Assembly (NCBI GenBank): GCA_963981035.1
Contig: CAXCCF010000002.1
Coordinates: forward strand, 15,578 to 79,577
Length of the DNA: 64,000 nucleotides
Direction: 5' to 3'
Source: an uncultured euryarchaeote
GTDB taxonomy: Archaea; Thermoplasmatota; Poseidoniia; Poseidoniales; Poseidoniaceae
Numbering within the stretch: position 1 is the first letter of the stretch; the number at the start of each line of letters is the position of its first letter. Under the pieces are notes generated by a model. It saw nothing but the letters and a program-made list of their open reading frames with translations, had not been told where the DNA came from and searched no databases. The translations under genes and the position numbers were made by a program. Positions 8,766-18,779 of the stretch are shown here, piece by piece.

Positions 8766-10367
8766 ATGGTCGCGTCACGTAAAGAGGAGTGGGAAACCCT
8801 TGGCGGTCTTGACATTCCTCTGCAAAGCGATCAAGATACTCTTTCAGATGTGGGATATTCTCAGTCAAATGTGGGTAGTGCGGGTAGCGCACCATATACT
8901 AGAGGAATTCATTCCACTATGTACCGCTCAAGGCTGTGGACAATGCGCCAATATGCTGGTTTCTCCAGTGCCGAAGAGACAAATAAAAGATTTAAACTTC
9001 TGTTGGAAAGAGGGCAAAAAGGACTCTCTGTTGCCTTTGACTTGCCAACTCAACTTGGCCTAGATGCAGATGATGAATTATCACTGGGAGAAGTTGGGAA
9101 AGTAGGTGTTTCCATATCTTCTATTGATGATATGCGATTATTACTTGATGGGATTCCATTAGACCAAGTTAGTACATCGATGACAATTAACTCGCCTGCA
9201 ATTATCCTATTGGCGATGTATGTCGCAGTTGCAGAAGAACAAGGAGTCTCATCTGACAAAGTTATTGGAACTATACAAAATGACATTCTAAAGGAATATA
9301 TTGCCAGAGGAACATATGTGTTTCCACCAAAACAATCTATGCGATTGATTACTGATGTGTTTGAATATTGTGCAGAACATATACCTCTTTGGAATACAAT
9401 CTCAATTTCAGGATATCATATTCGCGAAGCCGGTTCCACTGCAGTACAGGAAGTGGCTTTCACACTTGCAAATGCACTGGCATATGTTGAGGCGGCAATA
9501 GAATCGGGATTGGATATTGATGCATTTGCTCCAAGACTTTCTTTCTTTTTCAATTGCCATAATGATTTCTTTGAAGAGGCAAGCAAATTTAGAGCTGCGA
9601 GAAGACTATGGTTTGATTTGATTAATGAAAGATTTAATCCTACCAATCCAAAGTCTGCAATGCTTAGATTCCATACTCAAGTTGCAGGGGTAAGCCTAAC
9701 TGCACAACAACCACTCAATAATATCGCTCGGGTGACAATACAGGCTCTCGCAGCAGTTTGTGGAGGCACACAAAGCCTCCACACCAATTCTTATGATGAA
9801 GCACTGGGTTTACCTACTGAAAAAAGTGCTACTGTAGCGCTACGTACTCAGCAAATTATCGCTGAAGAAAGTGGTGCTGCTGATATTGTAGACCCATTGG
9901 GTGGTTCTTACCATGTGGAAGCGTTAACCGAAAGAATTTACCAAGAATCTTTTGCTCAGATAAAACAAATTGAATCCCTAGGTGGAGCATTGGCAGCAAT
10001 TGAGCAGGGTTGGCAACAAAGGGAAATTCACAATGCTGCGTTTAAGCATCTAATGGATGTTGAATCTGGTGAAAGAAAAATAGTCGGTGTTAACCATGGA
10101 GTAATGGAGGATGAAACAAGTACTGAAGTCCTACAACTAGACCCTGCTGTTGGCCAAATGCAATGTCAAAGATTGGCCAATCTAAGAGATAATAGAGATT
10201 CTGTGATGGCACAGAAGTGCATTGATGCAATTGCGGTTGCGGCTGCTGGTACAGAAAATCTATTTCCATTGATCCTAGATGCTGTAAAGGCAAATTGCAC
10301 ACTTGGAGAAATAATGAATGCAATGCGCGATGAGTTTGGCGAATGGAAGGCTCCAAGTGGATTTTGA
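8766..10367 (+). CDS. Methylmalonyl-CoA mutase, large catalytic (TIM-barrel) subunit without the B12-binding domain
   Basis: YTRGIHSTMYRSRLWTMRQYAGFSSAEETNKRFKLLLERGQKGLSVAFDLPTQLG is the classic MCM N-terminal signature. An alternative TTG start lies at 8727. Confidence 0.85.
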   Translation: MVASRKEEWETLGGLDIPLQSDQDTLSDVGYSQSNVGSAGSAPYTRGIHSTMYRSRLWTMRQYAGFSSAEETNKRFKLLLERGQKGLSVAFDLPTQLGLDADDELSLGEVGKVGVSISSIDDMRLLLDGIPLDQVSTSMTINSPAIILLAMYVAVAEEQGVSSDKVIGTIQNDILKEYIARGTYVFPPKQSMRLITDVFEYCAEHIPLWNTISISGYHIREAGSTAVQEVAFTLANALAYVEAAIESGLDIDAFAPRLSFFFNCHNDFFEEASKFRAARRLWFDLINERFNPTNPKSAMLRFHTQVAGVSLTAQQPLNNIARVTIQALAAVCGGTQSLHTNSYDEALGLPTEKSATVALRTQQIIAEESGAADIVDPLGGSYHVEALTERIYQESFAQIKQIESLGGALAAIEQGWQQREIHNAAFKHLMDVESGERKIVGVNHGVMEDETSTEVLQLDPAVGQMQCQRLANLRDNRDSVMAQKCIDAIAVAAAGTENLFPLILDAVKANCTLGEIMNAMRDEFGEWKAPSGF

Positions 10368-10376
10368 GGTGAGAAA

Positions 10377-10814
10377 ATGGATTTTGGATCAATACACATA
10401 GATCATATCGGAATAGCAACTAGTGATTTAGACTCAGCTAGTCATTTTTGGAAACTACTTGGATTAGTAAATAATACAGAGGATGAAACTGTAATAGAAC
10501 AAGGAGTTACCACTCGATTTTTTTCAACTTCTCCTTCAGATGAGAGTGTTGAAAGTCACCCACCAATGATCGAATTACTTCAACCAACTTCTCCGGATAC
10601 ACCCATCGGTCGATTTTTGGCAAAGCGCGGGGCTGGAATTCAACAATTGTGTTTCCGCGTAGACAATTTGCAAGCGCTAATTGACTATTTACTGGATAAC
10701 GGTATTCAGATGATTGATAATGAACCAAAACTCGGTGCTGGTGGCTCAAAAATTGCATTCGTACACCCCAAATCAACAGGCGGGGTATTGGTGGAATTAA
10801 AACAGAAAAATTGA
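10377..10814 (+). CDS. Methylmalonyl-CoA epimerase (VOC/glyoxalase family)
   Basis: Glyoxalase-fold motif IDHIGIATSDLDSASHFW. It sits immediately downstream of the MCM catalytic subunit. Confidence 0.7.
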   Translation: MDFGSIHIDHIGIATSDLDSASHFWKLLGLVNNTEDETVIEQGVTTRFFSTSPSDESVESHPPMIELLQPTSPDTPIGRFLAKRGAGIQQLCFRVDNLQALIDYLLDNGIQMIDNEPKLGAGGSKIAFVHPKSTGGVLVELKQKN

Positions 10815-10877
10815 CAAATGAAACTCAATGAAAATTTTTGAGGAATACTCTCTTAACCCTACTGTGATAGGGTTGAT

Positions 10878-11186
10878 TTGATGAGAACTTGCGTAGACCA
10901 CCTTATTGCCCTACCACATATTGATGGCCCACGAGTTAGAAAAGAAGCGGAATTTGTTTCTGCTCAGTTAGATAACCTACGGAATAACGGAAAAATTTCC
11001 AATGATGCATTTCTTGATGCTGGAGCAATACAAGGGGCATTCAACATGATCGGTAATTTAGTAGAAATGGGTATTCCTCAGAAAGAAATTCATCAGCAAT
11101 TAAGACAGCAATTGCTACGTGCCTGTCGCCTAGAAGAGAAGCACCCTGGTCTAGATGCTGCGGTTGAATCCGGAAGAGCCAGTTGA
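10878..11186 (+). CDS. Hypothetical protein
   Basis: 102-aa ORF upstream of and co-directional with the ABC transporter. Confidence 0.3.
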   Translation: MMRTCVDHLIALPHIDGPRVRKEAEFVSAQLDNLRNNGKISNDAFLDAGAIQGAFNMIGNLVEMGIPQKEIHQQLRQQLLRACRLEEKHPGLDAAVESGRAS

Positions 11187-11195
11187 GGGAAAATA

Positions 11196-12023
11196 ATGTC
11201 TGAAAAGTTGCTCTCAATAAAGGGGGTCGCCAAGCATTTTGACGAGATAAAAGCCCTAACTCATGTTGATTTAGATATTCACAGTGGTGAAATCGTTGGT
11301 TTGGTCGGTAGTAATGGTGCAGGGAAAACTACACTTTTGAGACTAATGGCTGGAGTCTATACGCCAACTAGTGGAAGTGTAACATTACAAGATGGTTCCG
11401 ATGTTACAAAAATGAGGCACTTATTGGGTGTAGTTCCCGAATCTACAGGATTGTATTCACGTTTGACGGCATGGGAAAATATTCGCTATCATTCAAGATT
11501 GTACGGAATTGATGATGAATCATCATGGAAGCGTACACAATTATTTGCCAGTAGACTAGGTATGAGTGATAGCCTTAGTAGGCATACCAAAGGATTCAGT
11601 AGAGGAATGAGGCAGAAAACAGCCCTTCTTAGGGCTCTTGCACATGGACCTAGTATTCTTCTTCTAGACGAACCTACGGCGGGATTGGACATTACAAGTG
11701 CAAGAACTGTCAGAGCACTTGTTAAGCAGTTAAGAGATGAAGGTGGAACAGTAGTATATTCAACTCATCAATTAGAAGAAGCAAGACAAGTATGTGATCG
11801 AATCATTATCATTCACAACGGTGAGGTAAGAGCAGATGGTTCTCCACAACAGTTGATGCAACAAACCGAACAAGATTCTCTCGAAGAAGCATATGTTTCT
11901 TTGACTGCAGATCAAGCGAGGGCAAGGTCTGAAGATGATGACTCAGAAGGCAGGTTTACTGCTTGGTGGAGAAAACTTTTCACTCCAAAAACCCCTGAAC
12001 TGGAGGTGGACCTCGATGGCTGA
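11196..12023 (+). CDS. ABC transporter ATP-binding protein
   Basis: Walker A GSNGAGKTTLL, signature FSRGMRQK, Walker B ILLLDEPTAGLD. Confidence 0.85.
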   Translation: MSEKLLSIKGVAKHFDEIKALTHVDLDIHSGEIVGLVGSNGAGKTTLLRLMAGVYTPTSGSVTLQDGSDVTKMRHLLGVVPESTGLYSRLTAWENIRYHSRLYGIDDESSWKRTQLFASRLGMSDSLSRHTKGFSRGMRQKTALLRALAHGPSILLLDEPTAGLDITSARTVRALVKQLRDEGGTVVYSTHQLEEARQVCDRIIIIHNGEVRADGSPQQLMQQTEQDSLEEAYVSLTADQARARSEDDDSEGRFTAWWRKLFTPKTPELEVDLDG

Positions 12024-13236
12024 TGGTAGTGCAATGCGAATTAAGCAAATTGCCAAAAAGGAGGTTGTTGAATTCGCTAGAGACTGGCGAACAATAATTG
12101 CCATTATCGTAATACCATTATTGATGTTCCCACTTTTATTCATATTATTCCCTGTACTGCTTCAGTCAGAAGCAGCAGAATTACAATCACTTGAATTGGA
12201 TTTGACTATTCAAACCGATGGAATGCCAAATAATTTGAGCGCTATTATCAATCAATCTTCAATACAAATAACATATGAAGAATTGCCAATATTAGATGAT
12301 TTGAGTCAACCAGGTGATGACCTAGAAAAACTGAGAAATGGTACTGTTGATGCTGTTCTAAGGATTACTCAAAATGAAGATATTTGGTATTATTCAATTC
12401 TCCATATGTCTACATCTGAGCAATCTAGAGAGGCGAAATCAAGATTGTTGTATGACCTAAATGAATGGGAGAATAATGAAACTGCAGCGCGAATTGAATC
12501 CGGTGGCCTTGATGTAAACTCAACTTTGGACCCATTGAGATGGGATGGAGAGATTTCTCAAGCAGATGCTGCAACAGCTGGTGAGCAGGCAGGTATGGCC
12601 TTATCCATGTTTATACCGCTAGTATTGGCCGTTTGGACCTTCTCATCAGCGATACAGCCTTCTATCGATATGACTGCAGGAGAACGCGAAAGAGGGACTT
12701 TGGAAGCACTTCTAAGCCTGCCATGTACGCGGCTGGAATTATTATTCGGCAAGTGGTTAGCAGTAGCCACTATTACCGGTGTTGGCGTATTACTGCAAAT
12801 ATTTGGATTACTATTTGCAATAGGCTATCTAGCAAGTTCTAGTATTCTTGGAGTTCCTGAATTGTCATTGATGACAATAATCTTAATCGTTGGTGCAATA
12901 ATGCTATTTGCCATTATGGTTGTTGCAATTGAATTAGCACTTGCAATGAGATCTCATAGTGTAAAGGAGGCTGGCAGTATTTTGGGTCCAGCGATAATGC
13001 TAATTATTTTCCCAGCATTATTTACGCAAGTTATCAATCTAGATGGAATTGAGTCGTTTTGGTTTGCAATTCCAGTGGTTAATGTTCTACTTGCACTACG
13101 TGAATTACTAATGAATAGAATCATTGTGTCGCATATTTTGATTTGGGTAGGAACCTCATTATTGTATGCGGTCTTAGCTGCAAAGTATGCATCAAATCAA
13201 TTCAAGAGAGAAGATATTGTAACTTCACTTAGTTGA
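12016..13236 (+). CDS. ABC-2 type transporter permease with large extracytoplasmic loop
   Basis: ATG at 12016 overlaps the ATPase stop. There is one N-terminal TM, a ~170-aa loop, then 5 TM helices, typical of NatB/ABC-2 permeases. Confidence 0.7.
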   Translation: MADGSAMRIKQIAKKEVVEFARDWRTIIAIIVIPLLMFPLLFILFPVLLQSEAAELQSLELDLTIQTDGMPNNLSAIINQSSIQITYEELPILDDLSQPGDDLEKLRNGTVDAVLRITQNEDIWYYSILHMSTSEQSREAKSRLLYDLNEWENNETAARIESGGLDVNSTLDPLRWDGEISQADAATAGEQAGMALSMFIPLVLAVWTFSSAIQPSIDMTAGERERGTLEALLSLPCTRLELLFGKWLAVATITGVGVLLQIFGLLFAIGYLASSSILGVPELSLMTIILIVGAIMLFAIMVVAIELALAMRSHSVKEAGSILGPAIMLIIFPALFTQVINLDGIESFWFAIPVVNVLLALRELLMNRIIVSHILIWVGTSLLYAVLAAKYASNQFKREDIVTSLS

Positions 13237-14766
13237 TTATGAAGTAAAGTGAATTATTGATTCTCTAACAATGCTGATTATCAAATCAATTTCTTGGGAA
13301 GTAATTGCAAAGTGTGGGGTGAACCTTAATGCATTCTTTCCACCATGGATAACTCCCAGCCCTCTCTTTCTACACCATGGTTCCACTGCATCGAATCCGA
13401 TTACAGGTAGGACATCTGGTCTTAATTCTGCACTGCATAACAAGCCAGTTCCTTGAACCAAGGTAATGTATTCAGGAAATTCTTCCGCAAGTTGACTCAA
13501 TTTTTCTACAAATTCTTCACCCTTATCGCGAATGTTTTGTCTTAACTCAGGTGTAATTCTATCCAGTACTGCTACTGCTGTTTCTAATGCCCTAGGATTA
13601 GTAGTCATCGTATTACCATAGATTCCAGAAACATAGAGGGATGATGCTCTTGCATTCATTCCGAGTACAGATAGAGGGTATTGACCAGCATTCATCGCTT
13701 TTGACCACGTTTCAAGATCTGGAGCAATACAATCTTGGAATCCTTGATAGTCAACAATGGACAAACAACCTTGGCCTCTCAATCCTGCTTGAATAGAATC
13801 TACAAGTAGCATTGAGCCATGCTCTAATGTTAATCTTCGCGCCTCGTCATAGAAAGCGCGCTCTACACATTGACCAGGATTACCTTCTCCCTGAACGGGT
13901 TCAATTGCCATCAATTCAATGAATTCACCATTTGCCTCAGCATCTGAAAATACCTTTCTGAGGGCTTCAATATCATTTGGTGGAACTAGGTATAAATTAT
14001 CTCTATCTCTAAAGGAGGCGAGGTTTTTGTCATAATTTGGTTTGCAGGAATGTGAAATTTGTGCTGGACGACCTGTACGTCCATGGAATGCTTGTTCAAT
14101 GGCGACCAATTTGATTGCTTTTCCTTCGTATCTGCCACCAGGACCTGTCATTGTGTTGGCATTTGCATCAGAAATCCTCAAAGAAACAGTAACAGCCTCT
14201 GAACCGCTATTCATGCAAATAAATCTATCAAATGGGCAACTGCCACGACTATGTCCTAGTTCTTTCTTCAGTCGATCTGTTAATCTCTGCTGAGAAAATG
14301 ATGGAGTCATTACATTGGCCATTACCCAATTCTGCGACATTGCCTCAATAATTTCATCAGGTCCATGACCGCCCCCTAGCATTCCATATCCTCCATTGTC
14401 ATGCAATACTGCACCATGAGAGGAAATTACCCATGGACCTCTAGCCGCAATAGCAACATATGGATTGACTGTTGCTGGATTGTAAAAATTGACATAACCA
14501 CTTTGTAGTTTGGTTACCAATTCCATCTCAGGCGACATCAATAACTGAGAATCAAATTCATCCCTCAGACCTAAATGACATGCATGCGCCTCTTTTATTG
14601 CCCTCGATAAATTTGAATCTAAGCCTATGAAATTACTGATTTCAGCATCATTCAGACCCGGTGTTTCACAAGTACCTGAGTTGTTTCTAATGTCAAAAAG
14701 TAATTCCATCAACTGCTCAACTTTAGCACTCATCAAACATTGTAATCGTAGGAGGGTTTTGAACAT
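13237..14766 (-). CDS. Class III PLP-dependent aminotransferase with N-terminal extension
   Basis: MNSGSEAV, EQAFHGRTG and LLVDSIQAGL are class-III aminotransferase motifs. Start chosen at MFKTLL (14766); the ORF is open up to 14940. Confidence 0.7.
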   Translation of the reverse strand: MFKTLLRLQCLMSAKVEQLMELLFDIRNNSGTCETPGLNDAEISNFIGLDSNLSRAIKEAHACHLGLRDEFDSQLLMSPEMELVTKLQSGYVNFYNPATVNPYVAIAARGPWVISSHGAVLHDNGGYGMLGGGHGPDEIIEAMSQNWVMANVMTPSFSQQRLTDRLKKELGHSRGSCPFDRFICMNSGSEAVTVSLRISDANANTMTGPGGRYEGKAIKLVAIEQAFHGRTGRPAQISHSCKPNYDKNLASFRDRDNLYLVPPNDIEALRKVFSDAEANGEFIELMAIEPVQGEGNPGQCVERAFYDEARRLTLEHGSMLLVDSIQAGLRGQGCLSIVDYQGFQDCIAPDLETWSKAMNAGQYPLSVLGMNARASSLYVSGIYGNTMTTNPRALETAVAVLDRITPELRQNIRDKGEEFVEKLSQLAEEFPEYITLVQGTGLLCSAELRPDVLPVIGFDAVEPWCRKRGLGVIHGGKNALRFTPHFAITSQEIDLIISIVRESIIHFTS

Positions 14767-14849
14767 TTTTAGTGATACACTTCTTGTATTGCTGTGATAA
14801 TTTTCAAAAAATGGATGAAATACAATAACCAATCCCATAATATTACTCA

Positions 14850-14880
14850 AGTAATAGCATAGTAATACTCCAGTAATACT
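14850..14880. promoter_or_regulatory. Three direct AGTAATA(C) repeats spaced 11 bp apart in the divergent promoter region; candidate operator
   Basis: AGTAATAG at 14850, AGTAATAC at 14861 and AGTAATAC at 14872, flanked by AT palindromes (TAATATTA, TATATTACA). The element lies about 30 bp upstream of the RHH gene start. Confidence 0.4.
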
Positions 14881-14907
14881 TATATTACATTGTGCGGAGG
14901 ACGAGAT

Positions 14908-15084
14908 ATGCCTAAGATTTCCTTGGACATGCCGAGCCAATTAACCGAAGATTTACGTAAACATGTAGGCGATGATAAGAAATTTGTCAGCCTTGCTGAT
15001 GCTGTAAGAACTGCTTGCAGAAAATTACTTGATCAACTTGATGAAATTGATTCAAGACATGGAAGAAATATACAGAAGGAGTAA
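14908..15084 (+). CDS. Ribbon-helix-helix (CopG/ParD-like) DNA-binding protein
   Basis: MPKISLDMPSQLTEDLRKHV...SLADAVRTACRKLL fits the RHH beta-alpha-alpha pattern. It lies 5 bp upstream of folE. Confidence 0.5.
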   Translation: MPKISLDMPSQLTEDLRKHVGDDKKFVSLADAVRTACRKLLDQLDEIDSRHGRNIQKE

Positions 15085-15089
15085 TTGAA

Positions 15090-15662
15090 ATGACCACTAA
15101 ACAAGAAGCGGAATCCGCAATAAAGACATTATTGGACTATTTAGAAGGAGATTCATCTGATAGAGAAGGGTTGATGAAGACTCCAACAAGGGTAATTGAT
15201 TCATGGCAAGAAGTATTCTCTGGTTATTCTCAAAGTGCAGGAGATATTCTTGAAGCCACTTTCAATGGAGAGGGTTATGATGGGATTGTTTTGTTGAGAG
15301 ATATTGAATTCCATTCAACTTGCGAGCATCATTTGCAACCATTCAAGGGACGAGCACATGTTGCATATATCCCAACTGAACGTATTGTTGGCATTTCTAA
15401 ATTAGCGCGGATAGTTGAGTTACATGGAAGAAGATTACAAAATCAAGAACGCATTACCAAGGGAGTTGCTGATGATTTAGAAACTCATCTTGCACCACTA
15501 GGTTGCGCTGTAATTATTGAGGCCGCTCATGGGTGTATGCAGTGCAGAGGTGTTGGCAAGCAAAATGCAGTAATGACTACTTCTGCAATGCGGGGAGTGT
15601 TTTTCGATAATTCAGAAGCTAGAGCCGAATTAATGCAATTAATTCACAGCCGTCCTTTGTGA
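15090..15662 (+). CDS. folE: GTP cyclohydrolase I
   Basis: FHSTCEHHLQPFKGRAHVAYIP. Confidence 0.85.
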   Translation: MTTKQEAESAIKTLLDYLEGDSSDREGLMKTPTRVIDSWQEVFSGYSQSAGDILEATFNGEGYDGIVLLRDIEFHSTCEHHLQPFKGRAHVAYIPTERIVGISKLARIVELHGRRLQNQERITKGVADDLETHLAPLGCAVIIEAAHGCMQCRGVGKQNAVMTTSAMRGVFFDNSEARAELMQLIHSRPL

Positions 15663-16345
15663 AATGTGAGGTGTGTAACTTGAATGGAGAATTTGGAAAT
15701 TGTGGGATTTCGGGCAACGCTTCTGTTGACAATCCTTCAGATTTAGCCATGGAGTATAAGGTTGTAGAAATATTCCATTCAATTCAAGGTGAAGGCGCTA
15801 AATGTGGAATACCTCATGTTTTTATTCGCTTTGGAAAATGCAATTTGCAATGCGAATGGTGTGATACTGACTTTGAAACTTTTACAACAATGACCGCAAT
15901 TGACATTTTATCAGAGGTCCTAAAATTTGATTGTAAACGAATAATATTCACTGGCGGTGAGCCGATGCTAAATGATCTATGGCCGCTACATCGGCTATTC
16001 AAAGCGCGTGGCTATGAACTATCATGTGAAAGTAATGGCACTATTGAAATTCCAGATGGATTACTGGATTGGATAACCATTTCTCCAAAAGACCAAGAAT
16101 ATCCAAATGTATCGATACGTCAAACTAGTGGTGATGAATTAAAATGCGTTTATGTTGGTCAAGACCTTGCAATGTATGATGCAATAAAAGAGGGTTTTGA
16201 ACATCTGTTTTTGCAACCATGTTACTTGCATTCAGAGAGCGTTGAATGGAATGGAAAGAATTTTGCACTCACAGAAAATGTTGTGAAAAAGAATCCTCAG
16301 TGGAGACTAAGTCTTCAAACTCATAAATGGATGGGCATAGATTAA
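15659..16345 (+). CDS. queE: 7-carboxy-7-deazaguanine synthase (radical SAM)
   Basis: CNLQCEWCDT cluster, IFTGGEPML, and a 4-bp overlap with folE. Confidence 0.8.
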   Translation: MKCEVCNLNGEFGNCGISGNASVDNPSDLAMEYKVVEIFHSIQGEGAKCGIPHVFIRFGKCNLQCEWCDTDFETFTTMTAIDILSEVLKFDCKRIIFTGGEPMLNDLWPLHRLFKARGYELSCESNGTIEIPDGLLDWITISPKDQEYPNVSIRQTSGDELKCVYVGQDLAMYDAIKEGFEHLFLQPCYLHSESVEWNGKNFALTENVVKKNPQWRLSLQTHKWMGID

Positions 16346-16357
16346 GGAGGGGGTTTT

Positions 16358-17500
16358 TTGAGAGCAGTAATGGCATTTAGTGGAGGAATGGATTCGACTA
16401 GTTTGTTGATGAGATTACTCGCTGATGGATATTCTGTTGATTGTCTATCTTATGAATATGGTCAAAAGCATAACATTGAATTAACTAGGGCAAAGCAAAA
16501 TATTTCATATCTTGAAGAAAATGGTTTTCAAGTTGTCCACCGTATTGTAGATTTGTCAAGCGCGATGAATCTATTCCATTCTAGCCTAATCGTTGGAGGC
16601 GATGAAGTTCCCCAGGGGCACTATGAAGAAGAAGCGATGAAAGCCACCGTAGTTCCAAATAGAAATGCAATTTTCTCTTCTATTCTCTATGGTTATGCAT
16701 TGTCTATTGCATTAAAGGAAAATTGCGATGTAGAAATCGCTTTGGGTGTCCACAGTGGAGACCACGAAATATATCCTGACTGCAGGCCTGAATTTTATCA
16801 AGCTATAGGCCATGCATTCGCAGTAGGTAATTGGGATAGCGAAAAAGTTTCGTTTAAGTTACCATATTTAGATGGCGATAAAGAAACAATTCTCCGAGAT
16901 GCTGAACTTGCAATTGAAAAATTGGAATTAGATTTTTCAACAATATTTCGCAATACTAATACTTCCTATGACCCTGATGAATTGGGCCGCGCAAGTGGAA
17001 CTAGTGGCGCAGACATAGAACGAATCTTGGCATTTCATGCAATTGGAAAAGAAGATCCTGTCGAATATGTCACTTCATGGAATGCTGTATTAAGTAATGC
17101 ACTTGCAATTGAAAGTAAGCATAGAGATGAGGATTATCGTCAACGCTTGAGTGAATTACAATATCATGTCACGAGAGAAAGTGGTACAGAAGCAGCATTT
17201 AGTGGACTGTTGTGGGATGAAAAACGGGAAGGCGAATATTCCTGCCTATGTTGTGGTCACATGTTATTTAATTCCGAATTAAAGTATGATTCAGGATGTG
17301 GTTGGCCCTCATTCCATAGTGAACTTGAAGATGCTTCTATCAATAGAGTGGAAGATAATTCTCATGGTAGAATTCGCACTGAAGTAAGATGCAGTAAATG
17401 TGATGCACATCTTGGACATGTATTCAATGATGGACCAGTTCAATTTGGTGGTGAAAGATATTGCATTAATTCAGCATCAATGGATTTTAAGGAGAGATGA
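16358..17500 (+). CDS. queC: 7-cyano-7-deazaguanine synthase QueC fused to a C-terminal methionine-R-sulfoxide reductase MsrB domain
   Basis: N-terminal PP-loop AFSGGMDSTSLL, VVPNRNAIF, IYPDCRPEF (QueC). C-terminal CLCCGH...CGWPSFH...CSKCDAHLGHVFNDGP...RYCINSA (MsrB). No Cys cluster is present where QueC normally binds Zn. Confidence 0.8.
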   Translation: MRAVMAFSGGMDSTSLLMRLLADGYSVDCLSYEYGQKHNIELTRAKQNISYLEENGFQVVHRIVDLSSAMNLFHSSLIVGGDEVPQGHYEEEAMKATVVPNRNAIFSSILYGYALSIALKENCDVEIALGVHSGDHEIYPDCRPEFYQAIGHAFAVGNWDSEKVSFKLPYLDGDKETILRDAELAIEKLELDFSTIFRNTNTSYDPDELGRASGTSGADIERILAFHAIGKEDPVEYVTSWNAVLSNALAIESKHRDEDYRQRLSELQYHVTRESGTEAAFSGLLWDEKREGEYSCLCCGHMLFNSELKYDSGCGWPSFHSELEDASINRVEDNSHGRIRTEVRCSKCDAHLGHVFNDGPVQFGGERYCINSASMDFKER

Positions 17501-17952
17501 AAATGACTACGATTATTAGAAGATATGTTGAAACTGATACAGGACATAGAGTTCCTAACCACAAAAGTAAGTGTAGGCATATGCATGGGCATCGCTATCG
17601 TTTTGAGGCAGAGATTGAGGGTGATATTGTAACTGAAAGCGGAGTATCTGAAGAAGGAATGTTAATCGATTTTTCAGATGTTTCGGCGATACTAACTGAA
17701 TATGTCCATGATGTAATAGACCATGCTTTCGTGGTATATTCTGGTGATGAAAAAGGTCTTGCTGCATGCTCTATGATGGATGATGAACATCGAACAGTTA
17801 TCGTACCATTCATCCCTACAGCGGAGAATCTAGCCAAGTGGGCATTTGACCAAGTTGAACCGCATATCAAAACCTCATATGGCAATAGACTAAGGCTAAT
17901 TGCCATGCATTGCCGTGAAACTCCAAAGAGTATTGCAAGTTGGAGAGTCTGA
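17497..17952 (+). CDS. queD: 6-carboxy-5,6,7,8-tetrahydropterin synthase
   Basis: CRHMHGHRYRFEAEIEGD is the PTPS motif. There is a 4-bp overlap with queC. Confidence 0.8.
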   Translation: MKMTTIIRRYVETDTGHRVPNHKSKCRHMHGHRYRFEAEIEGDIVTESGVSEEGMLIDFSDVSAILTEYVHDVIDHAFVVYSGDEKGLAACSMMDDEHRTVIVPFIPTAENLAKWAFDQVEPHIKTSYGNRLRLIAMHCRETPKSIASWRV

Positions 17953-18777
17953 TTATTCAATTCGACGTCGTCGTTTTCTTTGCCAATTTTCATCTCCTTT
18001 AAGATGTTGAATTGCAGTAGTTGCTTCGACTAATCCGCCAAGGATTCTTGTAGCTTCATCATTGGTTAGCATACTACGCATAAGTGAACGCTGTAGTGTT
18101 TGTTGGAAACTTACTGTATGTTCCTCCAAACCTGAAAGAGATTCTGCCATTTCAGTAATCGCTTGATTCAACTTTTCCCTAAGTTGGGGATTGATGTTTC
18201 GCTTTAATGGAACAATACTAGGTAATGCAGGGTCACCACCTTGATTATTGATTACTCTGTTTCTATGCAACTCGTAAAGGACGCTATTTACTGCATGGCT
18301 CAAATTAGCGATAGGATATCCTTCCCATGTTGGAAGTGTTAGTAAAAAATCGCAGTACTCCAAATCTTCAGTCGACAAACCCTTTCCTTCTTCACCAAAA
18401 ATTATTGCTACCTTTTCATTAAATGTTGAAAGTTTTTCTGCCACTTCCCAAGGAAACAAAAAATGGCGGAAAAAAGTCTTCTTACCTTTTTCTCTTTTTC
18501 CAGAAGTTCCTATTACCAATGATACATCTTCTGTCGCCTGTTTTAAGGAATCAAAAGTTTGGCAATTTTCCAATATCATACCAGCATGTTTGGCTCTTTT
18601 TCTTGCCTCAACATCGTCTGGAGAGCAAATAGGGTTAACTAATCTCAGGTTGCAATATCCATGGTTGAGCATGGTCCGACATACTGCTCCAAGATTCCCT
18701 GGATGAGTTGCTCCAACCAAAATAACTTCGAGTTGATATTCACTTTTTGGTAAAGGTAAATCCACTCTATCGCCCAT
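17953..18777 (-). CDS. SPOUT (SpoU/TrmH) RNA 2'-O-methyltransferase, TrmJ-like with C-terminal extension
   Basis: ILVGATHPGNLGAVCRTMLNHG and IFGEEGKGLS are SpoU motifs. Confidence 0.7.
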   Translation of the reverse strand: MGDRVDLPLPKSEYQLEVILVGATHPGNLGAVCRTMLNHGYCNLRLVNPICSPDDVEARKRAKHAGMILENCQTFDSLKQATEDVSLVIGTSGKREKGKKTFFRHFLFPWEVAEKLSTFNEKVAIIFGEEGKGLSTEDLEYCDFLLTLPTWEGYPIANLSHAVNSVLYELHRNRVINNQGGDPALPSIVPLKRNINPQLREKLNQAITEMAESLSGLEEHTVSFQQTLQRSLMRSMLTNDEATRILGGLVEATTAIQHLKGDENWQRKRRRRIE

Positions 18778-18779
18778 AA

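Noticed and set aside
8734-9063. Alternative-frame ORF 8734-9063 overlapping the methylmalonyl-CoA mutase start
   Set aside because: The MCM frame carries the strong family signature, so the overlapping frame is spurious.
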